This document shows positions 37,643-50,285 of a stretch of 64,000 bases of DNA, piece after piece. Each line of letters begins with the position of its first letter. Within the stretch, counting starts at the first letter, position 1. Origin of the DNA: Chiloscyllium plagiosum (lineage: Eukaryota); contig NC_057719.1 of the NCBI RefSeq assembly GCF_004010195.1, forward strand, positions 22,283,174 through 22,347,173, written 5' to 3'. The notes under the pieces were generated by a model. It worked only from the letters and a program-made list of their open reading frames with translations. It made no database searches and was not told the origin of the DNA. The position numbers and the translations under genes were made by a program.

Positions 37643-38834
37643 ATTAAGACATAGGAGTGGAAGTAAGGCCATTTGGCCCATTAGCTAAGATATTACCTTG
37701 AACCTGCACTCACGCAAGCTGCTTACTTGTTGCCCATATTTGGTGACAAATATGTACGTGTTGTATACTTGTGATAGAGTGTACTATCTGAAGAAGTAGT
37801 ACCTGTCTCCAATTGATTTTTGCCCTCGAGGTAACATGGTCACAAAACCATGGAAGATTATGAGTCATTTATCACTTGCTGCCACATTTTTGAAATTACT
37901 TCATGTGCATATCAGTTAACCTTTAAAATGGTAAAACATTTTTGAATTGCCCGCCACAGCATTGCTCCTGATTTCATTGTGCAGAAATAAATCATTGTAA
38001 CTGTATTCTGTCAAATCAGGGTTGACTGCATGCTGAACCTACAAATCTGATTCTTGTGAGGTGAATTAATGACCAAGCCTGAATTGGAGGTCTTTTGTTA
38101 AATAAATGGAAATGTTGATGCTATGCGGGGGGTCAGACGGGAATGATTCAGACTTCATCAATGGTTCTCGAATGCATTGGAAAAACAGTGATTGAGAAAA
38201 GAGTATTGTCTTTCTTTTTGCTCCTGCTTTATATCTAATCAATCATAAAGAGTATTTTGGGAAAATTCTTGACAGCTGGAAGGCCAGACCGATTTCAACA
38301 ACAGGGCAATGTAAACAGTTTTACATCTAATAATTTCGTCATCAAATGAAACTGTCTCCTGACATTTTTTCTTCAAATAAGCAGCAGTCCTGTCAAGTGA
38401 CCAAAGTGAAATGGCAGGTTAATGATTCAGCTTTGACCTTCTCTTTAAACTGAGAACTGACAGATAGCTCGTATTTGAGTCTGGCTGAGAGGAAATAGCA
38501 GGTGAAGACGTGACAGTGACTGGCAGTCACACTGAGACAAGGAATAACAGCAACACAACATGAATTAATATGGCACCGTCAGTAGAATGAAACAGTCTAG
38601 GATCTTTTATACAGACACACAGCCTCAGAGTAAACAGAGAGCCCTTTGGAATTGAGATAAGGCAGAATTTCTTCAGCCAGAGCATTATGAATTCGTGGAA
38701 TTCATTGCCACAGAGGGCCGTGGAGGCCAAATCATTGTGTGTACTTCAGACAGAGATAGATAGGTTTTCAATAAGTAAGGGCATTAAGGGTTATGGGGAG
38801 AAGGCAGGTAAATGGGGTTGAGTAACATATCAGA

Positions 38835-39023
38835 GTCAAGTGTGTAATGCTGGAAAAGCACAACAGTCAGGCACAACAGGAAAGGCTGATCAAAATTCCT
38901 GATGAAGGGCTTATGCCTGAAACGTCGATTCTCCTGTTCCTCGGATACTGCCTGACCTGCTGTGCTCTTCCAACACTGCACTCTCGACTCTGATCTCCAG
39001 CATCTGCAGTCCTCGCTTTCTGT
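38835..39023 (+). mobile_element. Short PLE-derived insertion (family A) with inverted 5' arm and 17-bp TSD
   Basis: TSD ttgagtaacatatcaga (38818-38834) versus ttgattaacatatcaga (39024-39040). Confidence 0.9.
38899..38926 (+). ncRNA. Minimal type I hammerhead ribozyme motif, core intact
   Basis: CTGATGA-A-GGGC-TTAT-GCCT-GAAAC-GTC. Confidence 0.75.
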
Positions 39024-39727
39024 TTGATTAACATATCAGACATGATTAAATGGTAGAGCAGACTAGATGGGCTAAATAGCCTAATTTTGCTCCTCTATCT
39101 TATGGTCTTAGACGTCCTGCTGAGCAAACCAATTCATAAAAGTAGATAATCGGGCAGATAACTAAAATATTGCTCAAAGAGAAAGGCTTTAGGCATTAAT
39201 TTGGAGAGAGAGCAAGTTGGAGATATTAGGGCAGGGATTTGCCCGGACAAATGAAGGCCACCAATGACTAAGAGTTGAGAATGCTCAAGAGGTTAATATT
39301 GGCAAGTATCTTACGGAGATCTCACCCAGCTCTTAATGCTGGAAAAAGAAATCAGTGAACTACAGGTAAGTTGAAGCCACAAAGGGATCTGAAAACAAAG
39401 ATAGGAATTTTAAAAACCGAACCACTGTTGGAAATATGAATTAACTGCATGAATATGTTAGCAATAATCAGCAGGCCAGGCAAGATCAGTGGAAAGGCAG
39501 AGTTAAAATGTCGGTCCTTTCATCAGGACATTAATCACAATCTCCTAGCCTCCTTGGTGATGAGCTGGAAGATGGTAAGACTGGAAAATGGCAGTGAAAA
39601 GATAGTATAGGTAGGGGGAGGAAGGGATGATAGGGAAAGCCTAAAGTCTGACTATCTCCAAGTCAATTTACAAGGGGCAGGAAAGTTGGAAGTGTGGACA
39701 CCCATTGAAATACCTCCATTGAGGTGA

Positions 39728-39920
39728 CACTGATCCAGCTCCCTCAGACCCAGCTGTCAGAGTGAACCAAACCCCTGACACTCCTGTTCATTTTTTCTTT
39801 TTTTTTAAATTTTCCCCAAACAACCGTCTAACTGAGGAAAATTAAAAAAAGAAAAAATGAACAGGAGTGTCAGGGGTTCTGTTCACTCTGACAGCTTGCT
39901 CTGAGGGACCTTGATCAGTG
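39728..39920. repeat. Inverted duplication (arms about 85 bp, loop about 20 nt) of an LTR/Tx1-tail junction
   Basis: cactgatc...cccctgacactcctgttcattttttc..ttttcc / ggaaaa..gaaaaaatgaacaggagtgtcagggg...gatcagtg. Confidence 0.9.
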
Positions 39921-39964
39921 GTGAAGGAGGGGACTGACCTCTGAACTGCCTGGATCATACAGTC

Positions 39965-40620
39965 AGTGTGTTATAACTGCTGTTGTGCTTATTCCTTACC
40001 CCGGCACCCATGTTGTGTGAGATACAGGGAAAGACACAAGGTGTACAAACCTTTATTCAATTTCCACCACCAGGAAAGTGGCCAGTGACAAGCAGTTCCC
40101 TTCACATCAAAGAGCAATGCTGTGTGATCAAACAGTGAAGGGGAGGGCAGAGATTTAATCAAAAAAGAGTTGGATAGGGAAATAATACACTCCACTCCCT
40201 GTAGCGCCCACCTCTCCCTGAACAGCTCAAGGATGTTAGTGGACACCGTTTGCCTCTTCTCCAGAGACACCCGGGCTCGAACATAACCACAGAAGAGGGG
40301 CAGGCAGTCGGCCCTAACGACCCCCTCCATGGCCCTTTGCCTCGACCAGGTTATGGTCAGTTTAGCCAGGCCCAGGAGCAGACCCACGAGGAGGTCTTCT
40401 GTACGGGTGCACAAAGATCAGGACCGTGAGACTGAAGTGCAACCAAAAACAGAGAAGGAGGTTTTTAACAAAATCAAAAAAGGAGTGTGAGTGCCCACAC
40501 CCAATATATACATGATGGTTCACAGACTCCACAGCACCACAGAACAAGCAGTTGGGCTGTACCTCTCGCTTTGTGGAGTCTTGTGTCCAGCATAGGTATT
40601 CCCGATGCCGTCTCACACTC
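39965..40620 (-). mobile_element. Tx1/L1-clade LINE 3' fragment
   Basis: C-terminal CCHC finger CLFCGAVESVNHHVYIGC, then EDLLVGLLLGLAKLTITWSRQ; aataaa in the 3' UTR. Confidence 0.8.
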
Positions 40621-41139
40621 CCCTCCCAGGTCCAGGAAGATCAGATTTAACCTGATGTGGAATCTTCTCCCCATTAGCAATGTTGGAGCTATCCTGCGTT
40701 TGTATAAAGTGTGGACCAATAATCAAACAGGAACAGGGACAGTTTGGTATCTAGCGAAGATGTAGGCTGTTTCTTTAAGCCTGCCTTCAAAGTTTGGACT
40801 GTTCTTTCTGCCAGACCATTGGACAATATGTGGCATGAAGCTGTCCTTGTATATGAAATACCATTCAATTTCAGGAAATACTCAAATTCTCTGCTGGTAA
40901 ACAATGGCCAATAGCAACACTTCTGCAAGTCTGTGCGTTGCAAAGATGTGTGCAGTTTTTCTATCGTCATCATTGTGTTTGACGCATGAACTCTTTGCAC
41001 ATCCAGCCACTTTGTCGTCCTTAATCACTAAGAACATTGAGCCCATGAAATGACCAGCATAGTCAACATGTAGTGAGTCCAGTGTTTACCCAGCCATTCT
41101 CACGAATGTGAGGGAGTGGCTAGCAGTAATTCTTTAAAG

Positions 41140-41260
41140 GAGAAAGTGAGGACTGCAGATGCTGGAGATCAGAGCTGAAAATGTGTTGCTGGAAAAGCGC
41201 AGCAGGTCAGGCAGCATCCAAGGAGCAGAAGAATCGACATTTCGGGCATGAGCCCTTCTC
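41140..41260 (-). mobile_element. Short PLE-derived insertion (family A) with perfect 16-bp TSD
   Basis: TSD cagtaattctttaaag at 41124-41139 and 41261-41276; 5' end truncated inside the hammerhead core. Confidence 0.92.
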
Positions 41261-42052
41261 CAGTAATTCTTTAAAGACTGGTCTGCAAATGCCAAAACAG
41301 CTGCACCAATCTCGACCTCCATTAGAACCAGCTGACTATTTAAACAGACGTTTATTTTGATTCGTTCTGATTTGGATGTTGTTAAGCAATTTAATTGTTC
41401 CAAACCAGCTGTAGGTGAACTTTCCAGGGTATGCACTTTCCTAGATACTGGAATATAAGCTCTCTTACGCAATTTAGATCAAGTGGAATTCTTTTACTCT
41501 CCCAAGTCAGCATACCGACAGCAACTACAATGGCTTACCAGCCAGAATACTGAAGAAAACTGTAATTATTTGTCTTAGGCTTGGCTATGTTTTGGGGTTT
41601 TGTTGTGGGCTGACCTAGAGTCCCTCTATTCAGGGTATGTCTGAGTGAGGTTACGTAATTGTCTTCACTCCAATTGCGTTCCCCAAGCTCAGTCGGATTT
41701 GCAGGTGTATCTACTTCCGTCAATACATGTGTGCTCCACTTGCCACATTTTCCAATGATAAAGCCATTGTAGTGTTTGAAATCCAGTTAGCCTTCAGCTA
41801 TTGGGTGCTTTTTCATGGTTGCATCATTAATCCCACATACCAAACAATCTCTCAGCATCTCATTAAGGGTAGCCCAAAGTCTCATGTCTCTGCCAGTCAT
41901 CTTACTCTAGTCAAAAATCCTGATAAGCCTCCCCTGGTTCTCAAATTGGCAAATTAAAGCCAATTGTGTCTCAGAATTAGAGGAGGCTTAGTGCCATAAT
42001 ATTCCTTAAGTAAATCTGTCAACTCTTGAAATGTTTTAGTATATTGTGCCTC

Positions 42053-42518
42053 AGGGAGTTGCCAGGTTTGGAGGATTTGAGCTATAGGGAGAGGCTGAAC
42101 AGGCTGTGGCTGTTTTCCCTGGAGCGTCGAAGGCTGAGGCGTGACCTTATAGAGGTTTACAAAATTATGAGGGGCATGGATAGGATAAATAGACAAAGTC
42201 TTTTCCCTGGGGTCGGGGAGTCCAGGGAGGGCATAGGTTTAGGGTGAGAGGGGAAAGATATAAAAGAGACTTAAAGGGCAACTTTTTCACGCAGTAGGTG
42301 GTACGTGTATGGAATGAGCTGCCAGAGGAAGTGGTGGAGGCTGGTACAATTGCAACATTTAAAAGGCATTTGGATGGGTATATGAATAGGAAGAGTTTGG
42401 AGGGATATGGGCCGGATGCTGGCAGGTGGGACTAGATTGGGTTGGGATATCTGGTCGCATGGAAGGGTTGGACTGAAGGGTCTGTTTCCGTGCTGTACAT
42501 CTCAATGACCCTATGGCT
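42053..42518 (+). mobile_element. Young CR1 3' fragment inserted in the Gypsy gag
   Basis: LPGLEDLSYRERLNRLWLFSLERRRLRRDLIEVYKIMRG followed by the CR1 3' UTR. Confidence 0.9.
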
Positions 42519-43021
42519 CTAAATGAAAAAGCTGTGGGTCCACACGCTGTCAGGAGAATTATTTGATGCTTTTCATCTGCCGCGGTGTCATTTTCCCAGA
42601 GAGAAATAAAACATTCTTTCCACATACTGGGCCCAGTCTTCAACAGCAGGATCGAAAGAGTCAAGCTTCCCAAATAATAGCATGATGCCAGAAATGCTTA
42701 CCCCAAACCAAAGGTGACTCTTGTGAGTGAATTTCTTCAGGAGAATGCTTTTCTCTTATTGCCACTGAAATAACTCCACAGAGGCCAATATCCTTTCATC
42801 TTTTATTTACACATGGAGAGTCCGTGACACAGATCCAGCACCTTCAGAGCCAGCTCTCAGAATGAACAGGATGGCCTGTGTATGCCAAGGCTCCCTGATT
42901 GGACCAAGTGGACCAGATTAACAGCACCAATCAGGGAACTCATATTCTATGAGGTCCACCTGGCAAACCTTGTTACAGTCACTACACCCGCCAACACATC
43001 AATTGAGCAAAATTAGGCAGA

Positions 43022-43679
43022 CAGAGGAACTGCGATTATCTGAACGAGATAGGCGGGGACTATTTCGTTCGGATAATTGATTATTCGGTTAATTGGTGAA
43101 ATGCCTTTCCTCTGGGGCTCAGAGTTTTTAAAGTCTGCTCTCTGCTCAGGAGACAGCAGAAGCACACAGCACGCGAGCCCCTTCCCCCAACACCGCACCC
43201 TGCCTGCCCTCAGAACCCCGTCCAACCCTGCCCCCCTCCACCTCCAGCACAAAGCACGTGAACCCTATCCACCCCCGACCCTCTCTGGGGCAGCCGGACT
43301 GTACACCAACAAGACTGCTGCTGCTGTTGCAGCTGCCTTTGTGGGGTAAGTCTCCAAACAGCACACACACACACATCTTTTTCTTGCAACTTTTTGACAA
43401 GTTCCACTTTTGCCCTGTACACGACAATGTTTGAGAATTATCTGGGGAAGGGGGGTGGTTAGAGCACACCTCTCTGTAGAATTCCAGGGAAAGAGTGGGG
43501 AGAGAGAGAGGGCAGAGGTCAGACCTTTGTAGACAGTGCCTGTTTAATCACTGTAAACAAAAGATGCGATCACTGCAGGAAACACCTCTTTGATGTAATG
43601 TTTCTATCGGGACCTCGAGATCTCCTTCGGATAATCGGATTTTCGGATAATTGGTATTCGGATAATCGAGGTTCCTCTG
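43022..43679. mobile_element. Non-autonomous Tigger/pogo-like DNA transposon (MITE)
   Basis: 23-bp TIRs cagaggaactgcgattatctgaa / ttcggataatcgaggttcctctg, TA on the right flank, subterminal ttcggataat repeats. Confidence 0.85.
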
Positions 43680-43924
43680 TACTTGATTTTATTAGTCAAG
43701 GTTTAAAGCATAGAGTCCAGCAGCAGGTATGTTATGCTGGAACTCTATAAAATGTTGGCTATGCCATAACTAGACTGTTGTGTGCAGTCGTGGAATTCCC
43801 ATGCTAGAAGGGATGTGATAGCACTCGAGATGATGCAGAATTGATTAATGAAAATGCTACCTGGGCTGGACAGCTTTAGTTGTAAAGAGATATTGGAGAG
43901 ACTGAGGCTGTTATCCTGACAGGA

Positions 43925-44195
43925 AAGTTACAAATCACACTACACCAGGTTATGGTCCAACAGATTTATTTGATTTCATCAGGTAATCTAGGTTGGTTCG
44001 ATATATCGTATCAGTTGCATGACATTATGATCCTTTGCTATAAATTCTGTGTCTTATTAGCTTGCTCCACACTTAACCTGATGAAGGAGCAGTGCTCTGA
44101 AAGCTTGTACTGCCAAATAAACCTGTTGGACTATAACCTGGCGTTGTGTGATCTTTAACTTTGTCCACCTCAGTCCAACAGCAGCATCTCCACGT
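43925..44195 (+). mobile_element. Short PLE-derived insertion (family B) with inverted 5' arm and hammerhead motif
   Basis: Arms aatcacactacaccaggttatggtccaacag / ctgttggactataacctggcgttgtgtgat; CTGATGA-A-GGAGC-AGT-GCTCT-GAAA-GCTT at 44078-44106. Confidence 0.85.
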
Positions 44196-44321
44196 CATCC
44201 TTAGAACAGAGGAGATTGAGAGGGGACATAATTGAGATCTATAAAATTATAGATCAGGTAGATAGGGTAGACAGGAAGAAACTTTTCCTCTTGGTTGAAA
44301 GATCAATGACTACGGATCATA

Positions 44322-44490
44322 GACAGGCTCATGACACCAGGTTATAGTCCAGAAAGTTTATTTGAAACACAGGCTTTGGAAATGTCGCTCCTTCATCAGG
44401 TGATTTCAAGTAAACTTATTGGACTATAACCTGGTGTCGTGTGACTTCTGACTTTGTCCACCCCAGTCCAACACCAGCACCTCCACATCT
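44322..44490 (+). mobile_element. Short PLE-derived insertion (family B), fold-back, 11-bp TSD
   Basis: TSD tacggatcata (44311-44321) versus taaggatcata (44491-44501); minus-strand ctgatgaaggagc in the inverted arm. Confidence 0.8.
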
Positions 44491-44775
44491 TAAGGATCAT
44501 ACATTCAGAGGAGAAGTCAGGAAAACGTTTTCACCAGAGGCTGATGGGAACCTAGAACTCGCTGCCTGTAATTGGGGTACAGGCAAAAACCCTCAGAACA
44601 TTTACAAAGTATTGCGAAGTACACTTGCAATGCCAAGAGACACAAGGCTATGAGCCAAGAGCTGGAAAAGGGATGAGAATAGTTATGCGATTGTTTTTGA
44701 CTGGTGGCAGTGTAGATGGGCTGAAGGGCTTTTTTTGTACTGTAGAGTTCTATAACTCTACTATACTAAAAGGGG

Positions 44776-44868
44776 GAGTTATTCCTGATGAAGGGCTTTT
44801 GCCCGAAACGTCTTCCAGCACCACTGATCCAGAATCTGGTTTCCAGCATCTGCAGTCATTGTTTTTAC
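44776..44868 (+). mobile_element. Short PLE-derived insertion (family A), 15-bp TSD, intact hammerhead core
   Basis: TSD ctatactaaaagggg at 44761-44775 and 44869-44883; CTGATGA-A-GGGC-TTTT-GCCC-GAAAC-GTC at 44785-44812. Confidence 0.92.
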
Positions 44869-46749
44869 CTATACTAAAAGGGGCCAATTCAGGATTACTT
44901 CCCATCATTGTGGACATTTTGCCAACATTGGGAGAACCAACAGCTAGATGGTGAGGTGTAACTGTATTGCCAGGTGATACTGGCAAGTTGTCAGCAGATC
45001 CTGGGAGGGATGCCCTCATTTATGGGTACAATATTACCCACAGACGCTAGACTGTCCTTGTGGCAATGGTGCCACTGATGCACAGTGATAACATCCCACT
45101 CCCAAACAATTGCAGGGGCCTAGCTCCTGGCACCGGAATTCTCTAACCTCACTCTCTTACTTTCGAGAGTGTCTGATATGTGGCACCTTCTCTGTGCAGC
45201 ACATACCCAGTAATGGCGGTCTCTAATGGTGGTCTCTAATGGTGGCACTAATGCATCTGCTCAGGACAGACTGCAGTCCTCAATGAAACAGGAGCCATAG
45301 TGTCAGTCTCTCAATTGGCCACTTCTGGCAATAAATCTCCCTGGGTCTTCTTAATAGCAAACCCCATTCCACTCAGCTGACTGAACCTGACAATTTGTCA
45401 TTTGTAATTTGACAAGTAGTTGGTTAGTGGTTTTCTAAAGCTAAATCATATATTCAGACATCTCTTCAACACTCTCTCAGCCATCGGACCACCTTCTCCT
45501 TAACCCGCCTTTACTACTGGAATTTGAAAAAAAACTAGAGGATTTGTGTGTGTTTTACAGTGACAATTGGGAGAATGCCCATTCACAGCCCATGAATCAA
45601 ATTCTAGTCACAGAAAGCACTGGTTACAAAGCTGCTCGGTTTTATAGCCAAGATTTCATCAGTGAGCTGACAGTTGATTATGCAGAGAAACAAGAATTCT
45701 CCCATTCTATTTCTTTTGTCAAAAGAATTTTGGGCACAGTCTCTAAATGTGACGCAAAACAGCCAGTTGCCTCTATTCAGATTCATAAAAGAGCTTCAGT
45801 ACTTTGCATCTCCGTCCAGGTAAACTGATTGCAATCTGTGAGATTTCAGATAGGCCAGTCATGAAATTCAAACAGTAATTGTGGCAAGCTCTGTCAAAAT
45901 GTCCAGTCCCCTATCAGCACTTCTGCCACAAAATAAACAAGCCACTCATTAAGAATTGTTCATGCATTATTTTCTGTGCATAATCATTTGGCCGCGGTAG
46001 TTTCCAGCTGCTTCTTTTCCTGAAAGCAGAATTTCCCTTGGACGTGCAAATTTTTGAAGAACAAAGGCCACCTTGCCCATCTGGCTCATGTTGCTGTTCA
46101 GGTCGATGTTCAGGACCATGTTCTTCTCATTTGTTGCTTGGCACGGAGCCTATATGCTTTGGTTCTATGTTGGAACAGGGAGAGACTAATTTCTTTTCAG
46201 AATGCTTGAACTAGATCCCCATTCACTCTGCCTGAAAAGTACAGCGGGTCTATTTTGCAGCATAGATACTCAAGACTGTTTTTTACTTAACTGAGAATCA
46301 CAGCCTGAATTTTCCATTGGTCAGACAGTCGTGATTCCAGAGTAGATGGGATTTGCAAATGGGGACCTGCAGATTCTCCATCATAGCTCACTCAGAAGGG
46401 ATTGCGTGGGAAGTTAAACTTTCTGCTGAGGAATTCCATTTGACCAGGAACATTCCAAAGTTCTCCATTTAGTTCAAAGGTCTTGGAGAGTTTCAATGAA
46501 ATTAAGTCAGTAATTACTCAAGAAAAGTTACTCATTATTTAGTTGACCCCGTACTCAGATCACACACTCCCCACTCCGTTTGACCAAGATCCTGACATAA
46601 ATCCCGTACCTGATCCTACTGTCCCCCACCTCCATCACTGAACCCAACCAAGCCAGACCTCACTCAAATCCAACTGGCCCTGACACAATACCCACCATGG
46701 GACTTGATCACCTTCTATTCGAACAGACCAGGCGTATATGACTTCAACG

Positions 46750-47915
46750 CTATAAAAAGTAGGTCATTCAGCCATTGAGTCTACTATGCCATTCATTGAG
46801 ATCTTAGCTGATCCAAAAATCCTCAACTCAATTTTCCTGCCTTTTCTCCATAACTCTGGATTCCATTATTACCTTCACCAGACTGCATCCAATTCCCTAT
46901 ATAGGGGGCCCAAAACATTACAATTGTACTACACCTCATGCATTGGATAGTTTTGGCAAAACCTCCTTATGTTTTTACTCCATTCACTTTGAAATAAAGG
47001 CCTACATTCCATTCGACTTCCCTGCTACCTGCTAAATTTGGATACTAGCTTCTTGGGATTCATGGACAAATACTCCCAAATCCCTCTTCTCTGTAGCTTT
47101 CTGCAGTCTTTTTCCTTTGACATAATATTTAGCATCTATATTCTTCCTGCCAAAGTGTATGACCTCACATTTCCCCCACATTATATTCTATCTGCCAAGT
47201 TTTTGGACACTCGTTTGTCTGTATCCCTCTTTGAGTCTTCTGTATCACTTGCCTTCCCATCAATTTTTGTGTCAACCACAGACTTGGTAATAATACATTC
47301 AGTTCCTTCAGCCAAATCATTAAGGTATGTTGTAAATAATTGTGACACCGATGTTGAGCTCTGTGGCACTCCAGTAGTAACAGGTTGTCATCCTGAAAAT
47401 GCACCCCTTATCCAACTCTCTGTCTGCTATGCATTAGTCAATCCTCTATCCATGTTAATATATCACTTCCAACTCCATGGGCGCTTATCTCATGAAGTAG
47501 TCTAATGTGCAGCACTTTATCAAATGTCTTCTGAAAATTTAAATATATTATATTCACTGTTTCCTATTTGATCTACTGTGCTTGTTATGTCTTCAAAAAA
47601 TCTTAGTAAATCCATTAGGAATTATTTCTCCTTCATGATGACATGCTTACTCTGCTTGATCATATTTTGATTTCAAAATGCTCTGCTATTACATTCTTTA
47701 TAATAGATACCAATGTTTTCCCAATAATAGACACTATGTTAACTGGCTAATAAATACCTGTATTTTGTGTCTCGTCCCTTTTTTAAATAAATGTCTTGTA
47801 TTGGCAGTTTTCCAGTCCTCTGGGACTTTTCCAGAATCTAAGGATTTCTGGGAGATTACAACCAATGCACTCACTATCTCCATATCTACGTCCTTTAGTA
47901 TCTTAGGACATATTC
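46750..47915 (-). mobile_element. Old CR1 fragment
   Basis: SQKSLDSGKVPEDWKTAN, PQSSTSVSQLFTTYLNDL, WQIEYNVG. Confidence 0.8.
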
Positions 47916-48919
47916 TGGGACTCCATGTTACACCCAGACCCAACCTCCCTCCCACCAGACTGGTCACAAGAACATTCCGTCTCTAAACCATCCTGTCAAA
48001 CCCAACCTGACTCTACCCGTTCTATCACACTGATCACAAGCAATTCTGCCCCCTGCCACAAAATCCAATTTCTGCCATCCACCCTGACCTACCCTAAGCA
48101 CTACATCACTAACCTTGTCAGCTTGCACTCTCACCTATCACACCTTTCACCTTACCCCCTTCCCAGTTGAAATCCTACAATCCAGGCCTTCCAGCTGACC
48201 CCCCTCCCCAAGACCCCCATTCTGGCACGGTACACTCTATCTATCTGGTATCTTACCCCTAGCACACTACGTGCTCCTCAGCTGGCACAGCTACTAACGT
48301 AGCTCCCCACTCTCAATTCATATTGTTATCTTACTGCTAGCACTTACCCACTCCCTAGCTTGTACCCTTTTCAGCTTACATCCTACTCACATGGCACCCT
48401 ATTATCTCTACCTATCTGGTACCCTGCCTTGCATCAACTTAACACTGTACTTGCTTTCTGTCCTAATGCAGTTTTTTGACAGCAGCTGTTAATGTGGCTG
48501 TCAGGACCCTTAAATTTCTCAATACATCAGCTGCTGGCTGTAAAGAAGGGCCTTCCTCTGACAGTTCTGTGCCATGGTACTGTCAGAATGGAACTATCAC
48601 TCTGCATTTCTGAGGGAAGGCTATGCAGAATCTCCTGTCAGAAACTCCCTTCTTTTGTACAAAACGGACCACTTAGAATATTCTGTTCCACATCACTTAA
48701 ATTGGCCAAAGGCTCATGATATTAAAAAAAACATTTCTTCTCCTTGGACTGGTCTATTAGAAGGTCCTTTAGTTTCTCTTTACTGATTTAGGCTTGGGAT
48801 TGTATATCTGGCCTTTTTCTGGCATTCTAAAACATTTTGAACCTTTCCATGCAGATAGAGCAAAGTCATCAGTTTCAGGTTCAAGAAAGAGAAATTCAAC
48901 AGAGAAAGTCAGTTGCTTT

Positions 48920-49197
48920 GTGGCAGTGTGAGTAGACTATTATTCCTGAACCCAAGCCTAATGCTTTGGGGTTCAAGTATCACCAAGATACTTCGTAGAA
49001 TTTAAAAATCTAGAATTGAAAGATAGTGTCATGGTTGCTATTATTGAGATTATTATCCAACCCCATTTGGTTGATTAATGTCTTTTCAGGAAGGAAATCT
49101 GCCACCATTACCTGATTTGATCGGGTATGATGATCCACATGTTGTTGACTCTTACTTGCAAAGCAAGTTGTTCAGCTTAAAGGCAACTAAAGATAGG
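48920..49197 (+). mobile_element. Degraded tRNA-headed SINE sharing body and tail with the 26071 LINE
   Basis: Degenerate head (ggggttcaagt), body ccccatttggttgattaatgtcttttcaggaaggaaatctgcc...gttgactctt, then directly the tail start aaggcaactaaagatagg. Confidence 0.65.
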
Positions 49198-49600
49198 TGT
49201 GAGATGATGCACTTAGGCAAGACAGAGAAGGCAAGGGCATATGTGATAAATGATAGGTTGCTGGAAAGCACCAAGGATCAGAATAACCTTGGTGTACGTG
49301 GCACCTGGTCTCTTAATGTAGGTAAAGTGGTTAAGAATTCATAAGGGATTCTTGCCTTTATTAGCCAATGCGTAAAGTTTAAGAACAAGAAGATTATGTT
49401 GGAATGGCATAAAAAGTTGGTTAGGCCCCAATTAGAATAGTATGTGTGCAGTTTTAAAATCCACATTGTAGAGTGCATGTGAGTGCACTGGAGAGGGTGT
49501 AGAAGAGATTCAGCAAGATTTGCCTCAGCTGTAGACTTTCAGTTCTCAAGAGAGATTGGATAATTTTTTTTTCCCTTGAAAAAGAGGAGACTGAGGGGAT
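49195..49600 (+). mobile_element. Old CR1 fragment
   Basis: RCEMMHLGK; ttggttaggccccaattagaata. Confidence 0.65.
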
Positions 49601-49624
49601 GTATATGATTGATATATGTAACAT

Positions 49625-50285
49625 GTTGAGATGCATAGTCAATCAACATCCTAAGGGTTATCATTGATCAAAAACTGGATTGGACAAGCCATATAATTAC
49701 AATGGCTATAACAGCAGGATAGAGGTTAGGAATTCTGCAGCAAGAAATTCAGCTCATGATTCCTTAAGTCTGTCCACCATTTACAATGCGCCAGTCAGAA
49801 AAGCGATGGAATGCTGCTCACTTGTCTGGATGAGTGCAATTCAAACAATATTCAAGAGCTTTACCACCATCAAGGACAAAGTAGCCCACTTGATTAACAC
49901 CACACTTACAAACATTCACTCCCTGCACCACCAGTGCTCAGTAGCAGCAGGGTGTACCATCTACAAAATGCCCTGTAGAAATTCATGCAAGGATCATTAG
50001 ACAGCATCTTCCAAACACATGACTACTGCCATCTAGAAGGACAAGGGCAATATGTATACCACCTGCAAGTTCCTCTCCAAACCATTCAACATCCTGAGTT
50101 GGAAATATATTGCCACTCATGTCGTGGGTCAAAATCCTGGAACATCCTCCCTAATAGTATTATAGGTCTACCTACACCAAATGGACTGCAGTGGTTTAAG
50201 AAGGCAGGTCAACACCACTTTGTCAAAGGCAGCTGGGGATGGGAAATAAATGCTGTCCCAGCCAGTGATGCACACATCCTGTAAC
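49625..50285 (+). mobile_element. 3' portion of the 26071-type LINE
   Basis: Aligns by eye to 28480-29120 (caaggacaaagtagcccacttgatt, tcaaaatcctggaa, tail gggatgggaaataaatgctg). Confidence 0.85.

Larger units (their letters stand above)
38612..39110 (+). mobile_element. CR1 3' fragment with a nested PLE insertion
   Basis: aatttcttcagccagag...ggaattcattgccacagag...tcttatggtctta tail. Confidence 0.85.
39706..42986 (-). mobile_element. Gypsy (Mag-type) LTR retrotransposon, internally deleted, with nested Tx1, PLE and CR1 insertions
   Basis: 5' LTR 42766-42986 (TGTAGT..TTCA on minus) followed by a tggc PBS remnant. gag MLLFGKLDSFDPAVEDWAQYVERM..IILLTACGPTAF..TKTFQEL; protease-like VLMEVEIGAAV; integrase FTSREFEYFLKLNGISY..SNGLAERTVQTLK. 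Partial 3' LTR from 39706. Confidence 0.85.
43685..44762 (+). mobile_element. Old CR1 3' fragment split by two family B PLE insertions
   Basis: CR1 ORF2 C-terminal sequence resumes after each insertion (ggagattgagaggggacataattgag; aggagaagtcaggaaaacgttttcaccagagg). Confidence 0.75.

Noticed and set aside
45561..45819. Plus-strand open frame between ttttacag and gtaaac
   Set aside because: Splice signals are ordinary, the peptide is unrecognisable and no neighbouring exons were found.
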